Assembly (NCBI GenBank): GCA_018645365.1
Contig: JABGOP010000001.1
Span: 171,024-235,023 of the forward strand
Source: Candidatus Cloacimonadota bacterium
GTDB taxonomy: Bacteria; Cloacimonadota; Cloacimonadia; Cloacimonadales; TCS61
Length of the DNA: 64,000 nucleotides
Direction of reading: 5' to 3'
Shown here: positions 19,014 to 30,619 of the stretch, piece by piece
Layout of the letters: every line of letters begins with the position of its first letter
How positions within the stretch are numbered: the first letter of the stretch is position 1
Program-made: the position numbers and the translations under genes
Notes under the pieces: generated by a model
Told to the model about the DNA's origin: nothing
Seen by the model: only the letters and a program-made list of their open reading frames with translations
Database searches by the model: none

Positions 19014-20600
19014 CTAAATAAATTTTTTCTTAATATAATATTGTTGTACCGAGCCGATTATTGAAAAAACAGTCCAGTATAAAACGAGACCAGAAGCCAA
19101 TCCTTTAAAAATAAAGAACATCATAACAGGCATTAAGTACATCATCATTTTTTGACTTTGCTGAGTTGCTTTTGCTTTTTCGTCCATATTATCGAGTGTA
19201 TTTTTCGAAGGTGCCATCAGCTTTTGTTGCACAAACATAAACACAGACATCAAGATGGGAAGTGCCCAAATTGGGTCTGGTTCGGAAAGGTCTGGTAACC
19301 ATAAAAACTTTGCCTGTCGCAACGAAATAGAATAGCGTAAAATCGGATAAAGTGCAAAAATAATGGGCATTTGCAACAACATTGGCAAACAGCCACCGAG
19401 TGGATTTACGCCGTGCTCTTTGTAGAGTAGTCGCATTTCCACATTCATTTTTTGAGGATCGCTTTTGTATTTTGCTTGAACTTCTTTAATGAGTGGTTGG
19501 ATTTTCTGCATTTTAGTGGTTGACTCAAAAGATTTATGGGTAAGTGGATACAAAACCATTTTCAAAATTATCGCAAAAATAATGATTACAACTCCCCAAT
19601 TTGAAATGAATCCACTCAACATATTTAGGAACATTTTGAATAATTTTCCAATCCATTGGAGTGGTCCCCATCCTAGCTCTACCACATTTTCCAATCCGAT
19701 TTTGTAAGCAACTAAGTTATCATAATCTAGTGGTCCAAAATATAAATCAAAGTGATGGTTGAGAAATGTTTTATCGTGTGTAATAAATATGTTGGCAGCA
19801 GGACTTTCGTTGTTTTTGAAGATGTTCAATTTGCGAGTGTTTATTAAATTATTTGGAATGATGGCCATCGTAAAATATTTGGATTTTATCGCTGCCCAAT
19901 CTACCTTTCCTGCAAGTTTTAGTTCTTCTTTTAGTTTGCTAAGTTTTGTTTCTTTTTGCTCGTTTGCTACCTGATAAACCGCTTGATAGTCGGTTGTTTT
20001 CATTTTTAAATATTTTTCTGAATCTGCAATACCACTATCAAAGGCCAGCTCATATCCTTTCATATTCTCAAATTGATCAATCCGAAGATCTAGCTCGACA
20101 TCATATTTTGCACCGAGAATGAATTTTTTTTCAATTGTTTGTTCGTCGATTTTTGTGAAAAAATAGAGAGTATTTTCTGTTATCGAAAAATCGAAAACAG
20201 TATTCTGTAAATTAATAATTGATTCAGAATGATCAATTAATTTAATGTTTAATAACTGGGCACTTTCAGGAATGACTTCAACAAGTTGTGTTTTATCGTT
20301 GAGAAAGAATTTTTTTAATTGAATGGATTTTACAACACCGCCCAAATTACTGAAATGAATTGAGAGAAAATCATTTTCTAAAACGAGACTATCATTTATT
20401 TTGATGTCAGAACTTGATTTTGCTTGAAATTCAATCGGTGGAATGTCATTAGCATCCACAATTTCAGACACAGGGTTTTCTATTTCTATTTGTTCCGTTT
20501 CTTGAATATTATTTTGTTGTTTTGGTTTCCAAAGAAATTGTGCACTAATCCAATACACAACGAGTATTAATAGCAATGCAACGATTGTTTTTTTGTCCAT
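19014..20600 (-). CDS. yidC: Membrane protein insertase YidC
   Basis: N-terminal TM segment, a large periplasmic domain, and the conserved core NPLGGCLPMLLQMPIIFALY. Confidence 0.95.
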   Translation of the reverse strand: MDKKTIVALLLILVVYWISAQFLWKPKQQNNIQETEQIEIENPVSEIVDANDIPPIEFQAKSSSDIKINDSLVLENDFLSIHFSNLGGVVKSIQLKKFFLNDKTQLVEVIPESAQLLNIKLIDHSESIINLQNTVFDFSITENTLYFFTKIDEQTIEKKFILGAKYDVELDLRIDQFENMKGYELAFDSGIADSEKYLKMKTTDYQAVYQVANEQKETKLSKLKEELKLAGKVDWAAIKSKYFTMAIIPNNLINTRKLNIFKNNESPAANIFITHDKTFLNHHFDLYFGPLDYDNLVAYKIGLENVVELGWGPLQWIGKLFKMFLNMLSGFISNWGVVIIIFAIILKMVLYPLTHKSFESTTKMQKIQPLIKEVQAKYKSDPQKMNVEMRLLYKEHGVNPLGGCLPMLLQMPIIFALYPILRYSISLRQAKFLWLPDLSEPDPIWALPILMSVFMFVQQKLMAPSKNTLDNMDEKAKATQQSQKMMMYLMPVMMFFIFKGLASGLVLYWTVFSIIGSVQQYYIKKKFI

Positions 20601-20612
20601 ATTATTCTCCTT

Positions 20613-20831
20613 TTATGGAAGTGGATCGTCGCCACCAGCATGAAATGGGTGGCATTTCAAGATTCTAATTATTGTCAGTTTTGTTGCCTTGAAAAACGGA
20701 AATTTTTGGAAAGCGAGATATGAATATTTGCTACAGGTTGGCGTAAATCTACAGGTTGAAGGCAGGTAAGGTGAAATCACCTTTCTGTAAATGCCAATAA
20801 AAAAAAGAGCAACTTGATTAAATATTCTCAT
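20613..20831 (-). CDS. yidD: Membrane protein insertion efficiency factor YidD
   Basis: 72 aa with CRFTPTCSKY and HPFHAGGDDP. Canonical position between rnpA and yidC. Confidence 0.9.
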   Translation of the reverse strand: MRIFNQVALFFIGIYRKVISPYLPSTCRFTPTCSKYSYLAFQKFPFFKATKLTIIRILKCHPFHAGGDDPLP

Positions 20832-21142
20832 CTATTTTTGAAGAATGTAAGAAGTTCTTCGTTGATATTTTCCCAATTTGAATTCCCAGATTTCGGTTTA
20901 GCAACCACGATTATGCAGACTTTCGTTGGATGTAATTCTTTGTTTTTATGCAAAAACGACTTTACGCGACGCTTCACTTTATTTCTGATAACGGCGTTTC
21001 CAACTTTTTTACTGACAACAATTCCGATTTTAAAAAGATCTTCAGGTATACTTTGTTTTAAAAAGATAAAGAGGTCGCGTTCTATTTTAAGATTATTTCG
21101 ATATATTTTGCGATACTCCTCTTTTGATGTGACGAAATTCAT
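20828..21142 (-). CDS. rnpA: Ribonuclease P protein component
   Basis: 104 aa and basic, with KKVGNAVIRNKVKRRVK (RNR-type motif). There is a 4-nt overlap with yidD and a 1-nt overlap with rpmH. Confidence 0.85.
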   Translation of the reverse strand: MNFVTSKEEYRKIYRNNLKIERDLFIFLKQSIPEDLFKIGIVVSKKVGNAVIRNKVKRRVKSFLHKNKELHPTKVCIIVVAKPKSGNSNWENINEELLTFFKNR

Positions 21143-21282
21143 TAGTCACTAACAGTGAGACGAGTTCTTCCTTTTTTGCGACGACGCGCGAGAACTTTAC
21201 GACCGGATTTTGTGCTCATTCTCAAGCGGAAACCGTGTTTGTTTCTGCGTTTGCGATTATGAGGTTGATATGTTCTTTTCAT
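21142..21282 (-). CDS. rpmH: 50S ribosomal protein L34
   Basis: Too short for the ORF track. My translation is [46 protein letters not shown] (46 aa), a textbook L34. An AGGAGA Shine-Dalgarno lies upstream (tataaggagaaaaaaATG on the minus strand). Confidence 0.92.
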   Translation of the reverse strand: MKRTYQPHNRKRRNKHGFRLRMSTKSGRKVLARRRKKGRTRLTVSD

Positions 21283-21479
21283 TTTTTTCTCCTTATAACA
21301 TCAATATATTTAACACATAACTTTCTTTTATTACCCAACTGTAACGGGTTACGACAAAATTGATATGGTGGTTTGAGCGTCAAGATATTTTTGTAAGGTG
21401 GATATTTATGGACGATTTACTTGACACGCAACACCAAAAAATAAAAGAAATAAATTCGTCAAAATTAAGGAGTAAAACT

Positions 21480-22922
21480 ATGAAATTATTGTTGCAAATA
21501 ATTGACATTGCCAAAGAAATGGGAGTTGATTATGCTGACATCCGCATTCAAAAAACAAAGATTGAAACAATTTATTTGCGTAATCTCAGCCTGAAAAATA
21601 CTTCGTTAAAAGAGATTTACGGTTATGGAATTCGGGTGTTTAAAAATGGAGCTTGGGGTTTTTCACATAACAATGAATTTACCGAAGATGCTATGCAAAA
21701 AACACTGAAAAATGCCATTAAAATTGCCGAGCAATCGGCTCGAATTCAAAATGGAAACGGACTAAAGTTGTCTTATGAACGCAGTTACATGGATACATTT
21801 AGGACATCGTTTAAGATAGATCCATTCGAAATTCCAATTTCAGAAAAAGTGGATTTAATGATGGAAGTAAACAAAACACTTCTTAATTATGATAAGATAA
21901 AACAAGCACAATTTTTCTTTGAGTGCCGCAAAGATGAAAAATTATTTGCCTCGACTATTGGCACGATGCTTGATATTACGACACTTTACATTGAGCCAAC
22001 TTTTACGGCAACTGCAATTGATAAGGGCGATAGTCAGTCACGTACATTCAGCTTGGGTGGGCATGCCAAAGGTTGGGAGTGGATGCAGAAGATAAATTGG
22101 AATAATGAAGCAGTTCGTATTGCAGAAGAAGCAATTATGAAGGTTCAGGCTGATACATTGGGTGCTGAAACTCGTCGTGATTTAATTTTAGATCCAGATC
22201 ATATGTCGTTGACAATGCACGAATCTGTTGGGCATCCGACCGAGTTGGACAGAGTCATGGGTTGGGAAGCAGATTTTGCGGGCATATCATTTGCCACTCC
22301 AGAAAAATTAGGTAATTTCCAATATGGTTCTAAAATTGTAAACTTTATTGCGGACAACACCTTGACAGACGGCCTTGCTTCTAGTGGTTATGACGATGAT
22401 GGTGTTCCAGTTCAAAAATGGCACATTATTAAGGATGGTATTTTGAATGAGTACGGTTCGACGCGTGATACTGCCCCACTGATTGATTTGAATGCCAGTA
22501 GGGGGTGCAATCGTGCGACAAACTATTATGATGTGCCGATCAACAGAATTCCAAATTTATATCTTCAACCTGGAAGGGTAAAGCTCTCTCCTCAAGATTT
22601 GATTGCTGACACAAAAGATGGGATTTACATCGAAGGTCGTGGTTCATTTTCGATTGATCAACATCGTGTTAATTTCCAATTTGGTGGTGATATGTTTTGG
22701 GAAATTAAAAATGGTAAAAAAGTGCGTCCACTCAAAAAAGTTTTATATAAATCGAGCAATCCAGAGTTTTGGAATAGTGTTGATGCTATTTGTGATGACC
22801 GCTTTTTCCAAACCTTTGGTATTACGAATTGTGGAAAGGGGCAGCCGGGGCAGAGAGGTCGGATGACGCATGGCGGTGCAACGGCACGATGTAGAAAAAT
22901 TCGCGTGGGAGGTTCGCAATGA
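21480..22922 (+). CDS. tldD: TldD-family zinc metalloprotease
   Basis: HESVGHPTELDR motif. The start is set at ATG 21480, preceded by AAGGAG at 21467..21472. The track's TTG start at 21360 would add 40 non-conserved residues. Confidence 0.85.
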   Translation: MKLLLQIIDIAKEMGVDYADIRIQKTKIETIYLRNLSLKNTSLKEIYGYGIRVFKNGAWGFSHNNEFTEDAMQKTLKNAIKIAEQSARIQNGNGLKLSYERSYMDTFRTSFKIDPFEIPISEKVDLMMEVNKTLLNYDKIKQAQFFFECRKDEKLFASTIGTMLDITTLYIEPTFTATAIDKGDSQSRTFSLGGHAKGWEWMQKINWNNEAVRIAEEAIMKVQADTLGAETRRDLILDPDHMSLTMHESVGHPTELDRVMGWEADFAGISFATPEKLGNFQYGSKIVNFIADNTLTDGLASSGYDDDGVPVQKWHIIKDGILNEYGSTRDTAPLIDLNASRGCNRATNYYDVPINRIPNLYLQPGRVKLSPQDLIADTKDGIYIEGRGSFSIDQHRVNFQFGGDMFWEIKNGKKVRPLKKVLYKSSNPEFWNSVDAICDDRFFQTFGITNCGKGQPGQRGRMTHGGATARCRKIRVGGSQ

Positions 22923-24205
22923 TGATGAACGAAAAAATGCAAAAGATAGGTAAATTTATCAGGGAAAATTGTGCAGCAGATGATTTTACTTTACACATCA
23001 ATAATTCGCAAACTTCGGCAACCAGGTTTGCACAAAATGCAATTACCCACAATATGGGAGGCGAAAATACGAATCTCTATTTGGAGGTTACATTTGGTAC
23101 AAAAACAGGTGCTGTTTCAGGCAATATTTTTGATGAAAAATCGTTGCAACAACTAATAAAAACAGCAGAATCAATTGCAAGCCTAAATCAACCAGATCCT
23201 GAATTTGTAGCTTCAGAAGGTGCCCACAAATTACCAGAAACTACCAAAACTTCTCACGAAACAATAAGTTTAAGTTCAGAGAAAATGGTAGATAATATTG
23301 CCAAGTGCGTTGAAAACGCAAAACACAAGGACGCAAATATTTCTGGTATTTCCGAAAAAGAAATTTCCAAAAATTATATGTTAACAAAAAATGGTTTCGA
23401 AGGTTTTGACGAAGAGGCTGTTTTTTCCCATTCGATGACGATGAAGAAAGACGGAAAAGAAACAAAAGTCTCGAAATCTGTGAATGATTTTAATAATTTT
23501 TCAATGGAAAACCAACTTAATCAACTGAACCTACAATTTGATTCTTTGGATAATCCAGTTTCAATGGAAAAAGGCAGAATGCCGGTTATTTTGCGTCCGG
23601 CGGCTGTTTTAAACTGGCTTCACTATCTTGCTTGGGGTTTCAATTTGCGTAGTGCAGACGATGGCTTAACGCCATTTACAGGCAAATTGGGCAAGCAGGT
23701 TTTCGGTGAAAAGTTTAATCTCTATTCACGCCAAAATCAAGCCAAAATTTCTGCGCCAAGTTTTTTTTCTAATGGTTTGCCGGTACGAGATATCGATTGG
23801 ATAAAAAATGGGGTAATTCAAACGATGAGTTCAAATCGATTTTACGCAAATAAAAAGGGGATTTTACCTGCTCAGTTTTATAATTTCATTGTCGATGGCG
23901 AAAATATTTCCGAAAAAGAGATGATGAAAAAAGTAAAACGGGGCGTAATTGTGAATAGTCTGTGGTACATTCGCTCTACGGATCAAAAAGTGGGTGAGCA
24001 AACAGGCTTGACGCGTGACGGCGTGCTTTATTTTGAAGATGGTGAAATCGTAAAATCTGTAAAAAACTTTAGATGGAACGAAATTTTACACGATGCTACC
24101 AAGCGGATAATTGCCCTTGGTGAAAGCGTTCATCAGAGTTATTATGCCAAGATTCCAACAATGTTAATTGACGATTTTAACTTTGTAGATGTAACTACTT
24201 TTTAA
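22919..24205 (+). CDS. pmbA: PmbA/TldE-family protein (partner of TldD)
   Basis: Same fold family as the upstream gene but without HExxH. The ATG overlaps the tldD stop (ATGA). Length is 428 aa. Confidence 0.8.
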   Translation: MMMNEKMQKIGKFIRENCAADDFTLHINNSQTSATRFAQNAITHNMGGENTNLYLEVTFGTKTGAVSGNIFDEKSLQQLIKTAESIASLNQPDPEFVASEGAHKLPETTKTSHETISLSSEKMVDNIAKCVENAKHKDANISGISEKEISKNYMLTKNGFEGFDEEAVFSHSMTMKKDGKETKVSKSVNDFNNFSMENQLNQLNLQFDSLDNPVSMEKGRMPVILRPAAVLNWLHYLAWGFNLRSADDGLTPFTGKLGKQVFGEKFNLYSRQNQAKISAPSFFSNGLPVRDIDWIKNGVIQTMSSNRFYANKKGILPAQFYNFIVDGENISEKEMMKKVKRGVIVNSLWYIRSTDQKVGEQTGLTRDGVLYFEDGEIVKSVKNFRWNEILHDATKRIIALGESVHQSYYAKIPTMLIDDFNFVDVTTF

Positions 24206-24221
24206 CTGATATACGATAACG

Positions 24222-24259
24222 ACCTCTGCTTCTAATGTTTAGAAGTGGAGGTGTTTTTT
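24222..24259 (+). terminator. Rho-independent terminator after pmbA, between convergent genes
   Basis: Stem acctctgcttctaa / ttagaagtggaggt with two mismatched central positions and a 3-nt loop, followed by gtttttta. Confidence 0.7.
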
Positions 24260-24267
24260 ATATCAAC

Positions 24268-24618
24268 TTACTCATTGTTTTTTCTATAACTTTTCCGTTC
24301 AGAATAGCGAGTGCCACCAGCTTGTTCATATTCGTTACTGTCTCTACCATAGAGCCCCTTGATAGCTGACAATATTTCGGTGTTAAATGCACATAGGATG
24401 TTTTCTTTGGCACAGAGAGCATTGTATAACTCATCTAATTCTGCTAATTTTTGGTTGTAGATTGCTAATGCATCTTCCATCTCTTTAATTTTGTTTTTGT
24501 AAGCGGGAACATCTTTTCCGTTACCAAGATCCAAGGCGGGGTTAATCGCAATTATGCCCGCTAACCTTGTTTTTGCTAACCTTAGAATCCTTGACCTGGT
24601 TTTTCTTAATCTACCCAT
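24268..24618 (-). CDS. Hypothetical small protein (116 aa) with a basic N-terminus and a coiled-coil-like centre
   Basis: Strong Shine-Dalgarno (aaAGGAGGagacaATG on the minus strand). N-terminus is MGRLRKTRSRILRLAKTRLAG, followed by a heptad-like KNKIKEMEDALAIYNQKLAELDELYNAL. I recognise no family. Confidence 0.5.
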   Translation of the reverse strand: MGRLRKTRSRILRLAKTRLAGIIAINPALDLGNGKDVPAYKNKIKEMEDALAIYNQKLAELDELYNALCAKENILCAFNTEILSAIKGLYGRDSNEYEQAGGTRYSERKSYRKNNE

Positions 24619-24660
24619 TGTCTCCTCCTTTATTCTCTTTTCTGTTCACTATGTAGGTTT

Positions 24661-24910
24661 TGCATAGTAAACAAAGACTAATGCACAGTTAACAATCTCT
24701 TCTGCGAAGTACTATGAAATTTATACACAGTTAATGATTTTCCTTGCACAGTACCCTGAAGTTTGTTCACGGTTGGCAGTTTTCTTTACACAATACCATG
24801 AAGCTTGCTTGCGGATAGCAATTTCTTTTGTATGGTATCCTGAAGTTTATTCATAGTTAATGATTTCTTTTGCATAGTACCCTGAAAAGCATGCACGGTT
24901 AACGATTTTT

Positions 24911-24912
<2 letters not shown>
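24661..24912. repeat. Array of 12 phased TGCAYAGT-like cores at exact 21-bp register, equivalent to 6 degenerate 42-bp tandem units
   Basis: Core starts are 24661, 24682, 24703, 24724, 24745, 24766, 24787, 24810 (weak, 2 bp off register), 24829, 24850, 24871 and 24892. Odd cores are followed by ACCCTGAAGTTT-like sequence and even cores by TAAYGATTTYCTTT-like sequence. No ORF spans the array. Confidence 0.85.
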
Positions 24913-27386
<2,474 letters not shown>

Positions 27387-27398
27387 ATTTTTTCTCCG

Positions 27399-28334
27399 TT
27401 ACTTTCGCGGCACTAAAACTCTTATTCTGTGGCGATGAAAAGTGATTTCTAAAGTAGATATAATTAACATAATTGCACCTAACATTTGAAAAAACGAAAG
27501 TGAATTTTTATTGATAAAAAAATCAAATAAAACAACTGAAAGTGGGAAGAAAAGCTCGCAAATAGAGGAAGCCATTGCCTTCACCTTTTTCAAACCAAAG
27601 TAGTAGAGGAAAACTCCGCTACCGCCAGTCGTGAGTGCGATAAGCAAAAAGAATTTCCCATTTTGGGTTGTGATATTTTGAAATTCGCCAATTTTTCCAG
27701 CAAAAATAATGTAAAATAACATTAAAAAAGCGGTAAAACCGAACCGATAAAAAGCAACTGTTTTAATAGAAAATTTTGTGAGTGCCGCTTTTCCTAAAAC
27801 GGTTGCACTACCAAATGAAATAGCGGCAAGAAGTGACCACAACGTGGCTTGAATGAGATTGGCATGTTTGTCTAGGCTTGGTGTTGCTCTGCCGAAAGTG
27901 AGAAAATAGCTGGCGAGAATAGCAACAATTGCCCAAACTACAAAATCTTCCCTAAGTCTTTCATTCAAAAATACGGCTGCTAAAATAATGGCAAAAACAG
28001 GTTGTAGTTTTTGGATAAGCACAATAACGGATAAATGGTCAAATTGCGTTAAAGATAGTGCTTTAATGATTGCCATTGTTCCCAAAGAACCGCCAAACAG
28101 TGCAATTCCGAAAAGGAGTAAAAAATCATTTTTGCGGAAAGATTTCAACTTTTTGTATTCCTTAAAAAGAAAAAGATTCATTAATGAAAATGGTATTAAG
28201 TGTAACATGAAAACAACGAAGCCAATATCAAGGTTAAAAAATTTTGGGGTGAATACAACTCCGTCTAATCCCCACATTGTGGCGGCAAGGATTATTGCTA
28301 ATGCACCCACAACTTTTTTATGATAACTATTCAT
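27399..28334 (-). CDS. EamA/DMT-family transporter
   Basis: About 10 predicted TM helices arranged as two similar halves. Length is 311 aa. Confidence 0.7.
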   Translation of the reverse strand: MNSYHKKVVGALAIILAATMWGLDGVVFTPKFFNLDIGFVVFMLHLIPFSLMNLFLFKEYKKLKSFRKNDFLLLFGIALFGGSLGTMAIIKALSLTQFDHLSVIVLIQKLQPVFAIILAAVFLNERLREDFVVWAIVAILASYFLTFGRATPSLDKHANLIQATLWSLLAAISFGSATVLGKAALTKFSIKTVAFYRFGFTAFLMLFYIIFAGKIGEFQNITTQNGKFFLLIALTTGGSGVFLYYFGLKKVKAMASSICELFFPLSVVLFDFFINKNSLSFFQMLGAIMLIISTLEITFHRHRIRVLVPRK

Positions 28335-28391
28335 GAATTCTCCTATTTTATCTTTAGCAGAATAATTCTGCTAATCATTTGTGTTTTCATT

Positions 28392-30605
28392 TTAAATCAT
28401 TTCGCCGGCAAATTTTTCGCCGTTACGCACGAATATGGTTGTTTTTAATTTATCCGAAAGCTCGATCAATCTATCTGCATATTCGCTTTCTTCATTTTCG
28501 AGAGGTAAATTCAATCCCATAAATACTAAATCTGCGTCTTTGCTATGTTCATGAATGATTTCCGTAATCGTATTTTCATTTGATTTGACGATGATTTTAG
28601 GTTCCGCTTTGATGCGTACTTCACTAATCATTTCATTCAAATTTTTCAGCATAAATTCGCGATCTTCTTCCATTAAAATAACGGTATGAATAATGACATT
28701 TGCGTTTTTCCACTCGTTATTTAGCGTGAGTAAGTGTGCCAAAAGAAGCATCAAGTCCCCGTTGCTGTGTTTTCCACGCCACCAAAGGTCTATTCTGTTT
28801 TTGGTGGAAAACTCCATGGTTTCATTCATACGAACCAAAAGTGAGCTTTTTTGTAACTTGGAAACGGATTGCACAATTTTCAATAGTGAAACAATGCGTT
28901 CTTTTGAACCAGCCCAACTGAGCATTATGGTATTTGAATGTAGTCCTGCGATGCCGTTTGCTTGCGTAATGTTGGCAACTCCGCTTTCAAAACGAGCAAC
29001 GATATTTATTTCATTGAATGCGTTAATGCCTTCTTTTTTGAGGAGCATATTCATCTGTTGTGTTTCATTTTTAATGTCTGTTTTATTGGTTTTCAAATTA
29101 CCGATTTTCAAATTACAAACAGTCAAAATTCCGCGTCTTTGATTTAGGTAATTGGCTAATTTAATCAAAGGTAATCGTTTTTTGATGTCATCTGCAAAGA
29201 CCAAAATATTTGGTCGCCAATTTCGTGGAGCCTCTTTGTGTTGCTTTAATTTTAGCAATGCGAACCTTGCTAAGCTTCCCCAAAATCCGGCTCGCACATC
29301 TCCCCATTCATTTTTCATCGTGCGGCGTTGCAACAGTAAAAAGAGTGCAACTTCAAATAAAATCCCCAAAACGCAAGCAAGTGGACTGATGAGGAACATC
29401 ACCGCGATGGCACCAAATGACCCCAATAATGAGATAAACCAAGGCACTTTGATTTTGGGACGATAAGATGCATCACCGGTTAAATTTTCTAAAGCAGCAC
29501 TGAAATTTATCATGACATAAAGGGTGAGAAATAAGATAGAAACAAATTGGGCAACCGTGTTTAAACCACCCAACATTACAGCGATTAATGCTATTCCGCC
29601 GCTTATCCATGTGGAAATTGTTGGTTGACCTGTTTTGGAAAGTTTAGCTAAAAATTTGGGAGCTAAGCCATCTTGTGCGAGTGATTGTAAAACTCGTGGA
29701 CCACCCAAAATACTTCCAAAGGCGGAAGATAAGATTGCACCAAAAATTCCAGGAACAATTAAAATCCCGCCAAGAAAGGCAATTTTACTCCAAGTTTTTA
29801 CACCAGTATTTGCTAAATCTTCTGGAAGCATTTTACCTGTAATTGAAAGAAAAACAGGAATCATTAGGTAGATTAATGTTCCGGAAACAACCGCCAAAAG
29901 AGTTCCTTTGGGGATTGATTTTCGTGGATTTTTTAAATCGCCACTCATACCAATTCCAGCAGTAAAACCAGTAACTGCCGGAAAAAAAACAGCAAAAACA
30001 TACCAGAATCCTTTTGGTGCGGTGCGATAGGTAGCAATCATTTCTGGTGCGTGCAATTCTCCCAAAAAAATGCCAATTAAAAGAGCAACAATGGATAATC
30101 CAACTGCGATTAAAATTGGGACTTGCAGTTTCAAAACTAAACTAGCACTTTTTCCTGAAATAAATGTAATGAAGATGATGATGGCTGCTGTAATTATTTG
30201 AATTATGTATGTTGACATTTCACCCAAAGACGCAGGCCAAAACATGGCGATAGTTTCCGCTAAACCAAAACTGTAAAAGGTAATGCTGAGAGTTCTACAC
30301 AAATAGAGAGGAATTCCGATTGTGCCACCTAATTCCAATCCTAAACTGCGCGAAACCATAAAATATTCCCCGCCCACACCAACACTCATATTGGTAGAAA
30401 TTGCGGAAGCACTTAACGCTGTTATAAAGGTGATAGAGCTTGCCAAAAGCACGATGAGTAGCGTGAGTGGTAGCCCAACATTACCCACAACCCAACCAAA
30501 ACGAAGGTACATAATGAGACCCAAAATGGTAAGGACACTGGGCGTGTAAACGCCCAAAAATGTCCCAAATTTTTCTACAACAGGTAAATTATTTTTATTT
30601 TCCAT
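28392..30605 (-). CDS. APC-superfamily permease of the cation-chloride-cotransporter (SLC12)-like type with a large cytosolic C-terminal domain
   Basis: N-terminal roughly 470 aa are polytopic (FGTFLGVYTPSVLTILG, GMSGDLKNPRKSIP, typical of CCC/APC). The C-terminal roughly 260 aa are soluble. The gene starts 14 nt after the thiolase stop. Confidence 0.65.
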   Translation of the reverse strand: MENKNNLPVVEKFGTFLGVYTPSVLTILGLIMYLRFGWVVGNVGLPLTLLIVLLASSITFITALSASAISTNMSVGVGGEYFMVSRSLGLELGGTIGIPLYLCRTLSITFYSFGLAETIAMFWPASLGEMSTYIIQIITAAIIIFITFISGKSASLVLKLQVPILIAVGLSIVALLIGIFLGELHAPEMIATYRTAPKGFWYVFAVFFPAVTGFTAGIGMSGDLKNPRKSIPKGTLLAVVSGTLIYLMIPVFLSITGKMLPEDLANTGVKTWSKIAFLGGILIVPGIFGAILSSAFGSILGGPRVLQSLAQDGLAPKFLAKLSKTGQPTISTWISGGIALIAVMLGGLNTVAQFVSILFLTLYVMINFSAALENLTGDASYRPKIKVPWFISLLGSFGAIAVMFLISPLACVLGILFEVALFLLLQRRTMKNEWGDVRAGFWGSLARFALLKLKQHKEAPRNWRPNILVFADDIKKRLPLIKLANYLNQRRGILTVCNLKIGNLKTNKTDIKNETQQMNMLLKKEGINAFNEINIVARFESGVANITQANGIAGLHSNTIMLSWAGSKERIVSLLKIVQSVSKLQKSSLLVRMNETMEFSTKNRIDLWWRGKHSNGDLMLLLAHLLTLNNEWKNANVIIHTVILMEEDREFMLKNLNEMISEVRIKAEPKIIVKSNENTITEIIHEHSKDADLVFMGLNLPLENEESEYADRLIELSDKLKTTIFVRNGEKFAGEMI

Positions 30606-30619
30606 CGATGCCTAAAATT

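Noticed and set aside
21360-21479. N-terminal extensions proposed by the ORF track: tldD from TTG 21360, the receiver from 17616, and the NifX-like genes from 57281 and 59416.
   Set aside because: For tldD and the two NifX-like genes, an internal ATG preceded by an AGGAG-type Shine-Dalgarno coincides with the start of the conserved domain. For the receiver, the internal ATG was chosen only because the conserved receiver fold begins there; no Shine-Dalgarno was checked. In all four cases the extensions are non-conserved and overlap neighbouring genes or promoters.
24771-24791. Sigma-54-like element TGGCAG-N5-TTTACA inside one repeat unit.
   Set aside because: The -12 element lacks the GC dinucleotide. 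Only one of the units has the GG. It also points into the 3' end of purA in antisense orientation.
24729-24870. Fur-box-like TAATGATTT segments in the even repeat flavour.
   Set aside because: They match only about 9 of 12 positions of a Fur half-consensus in two or three units, and neither neighbouring gene is iron-related.
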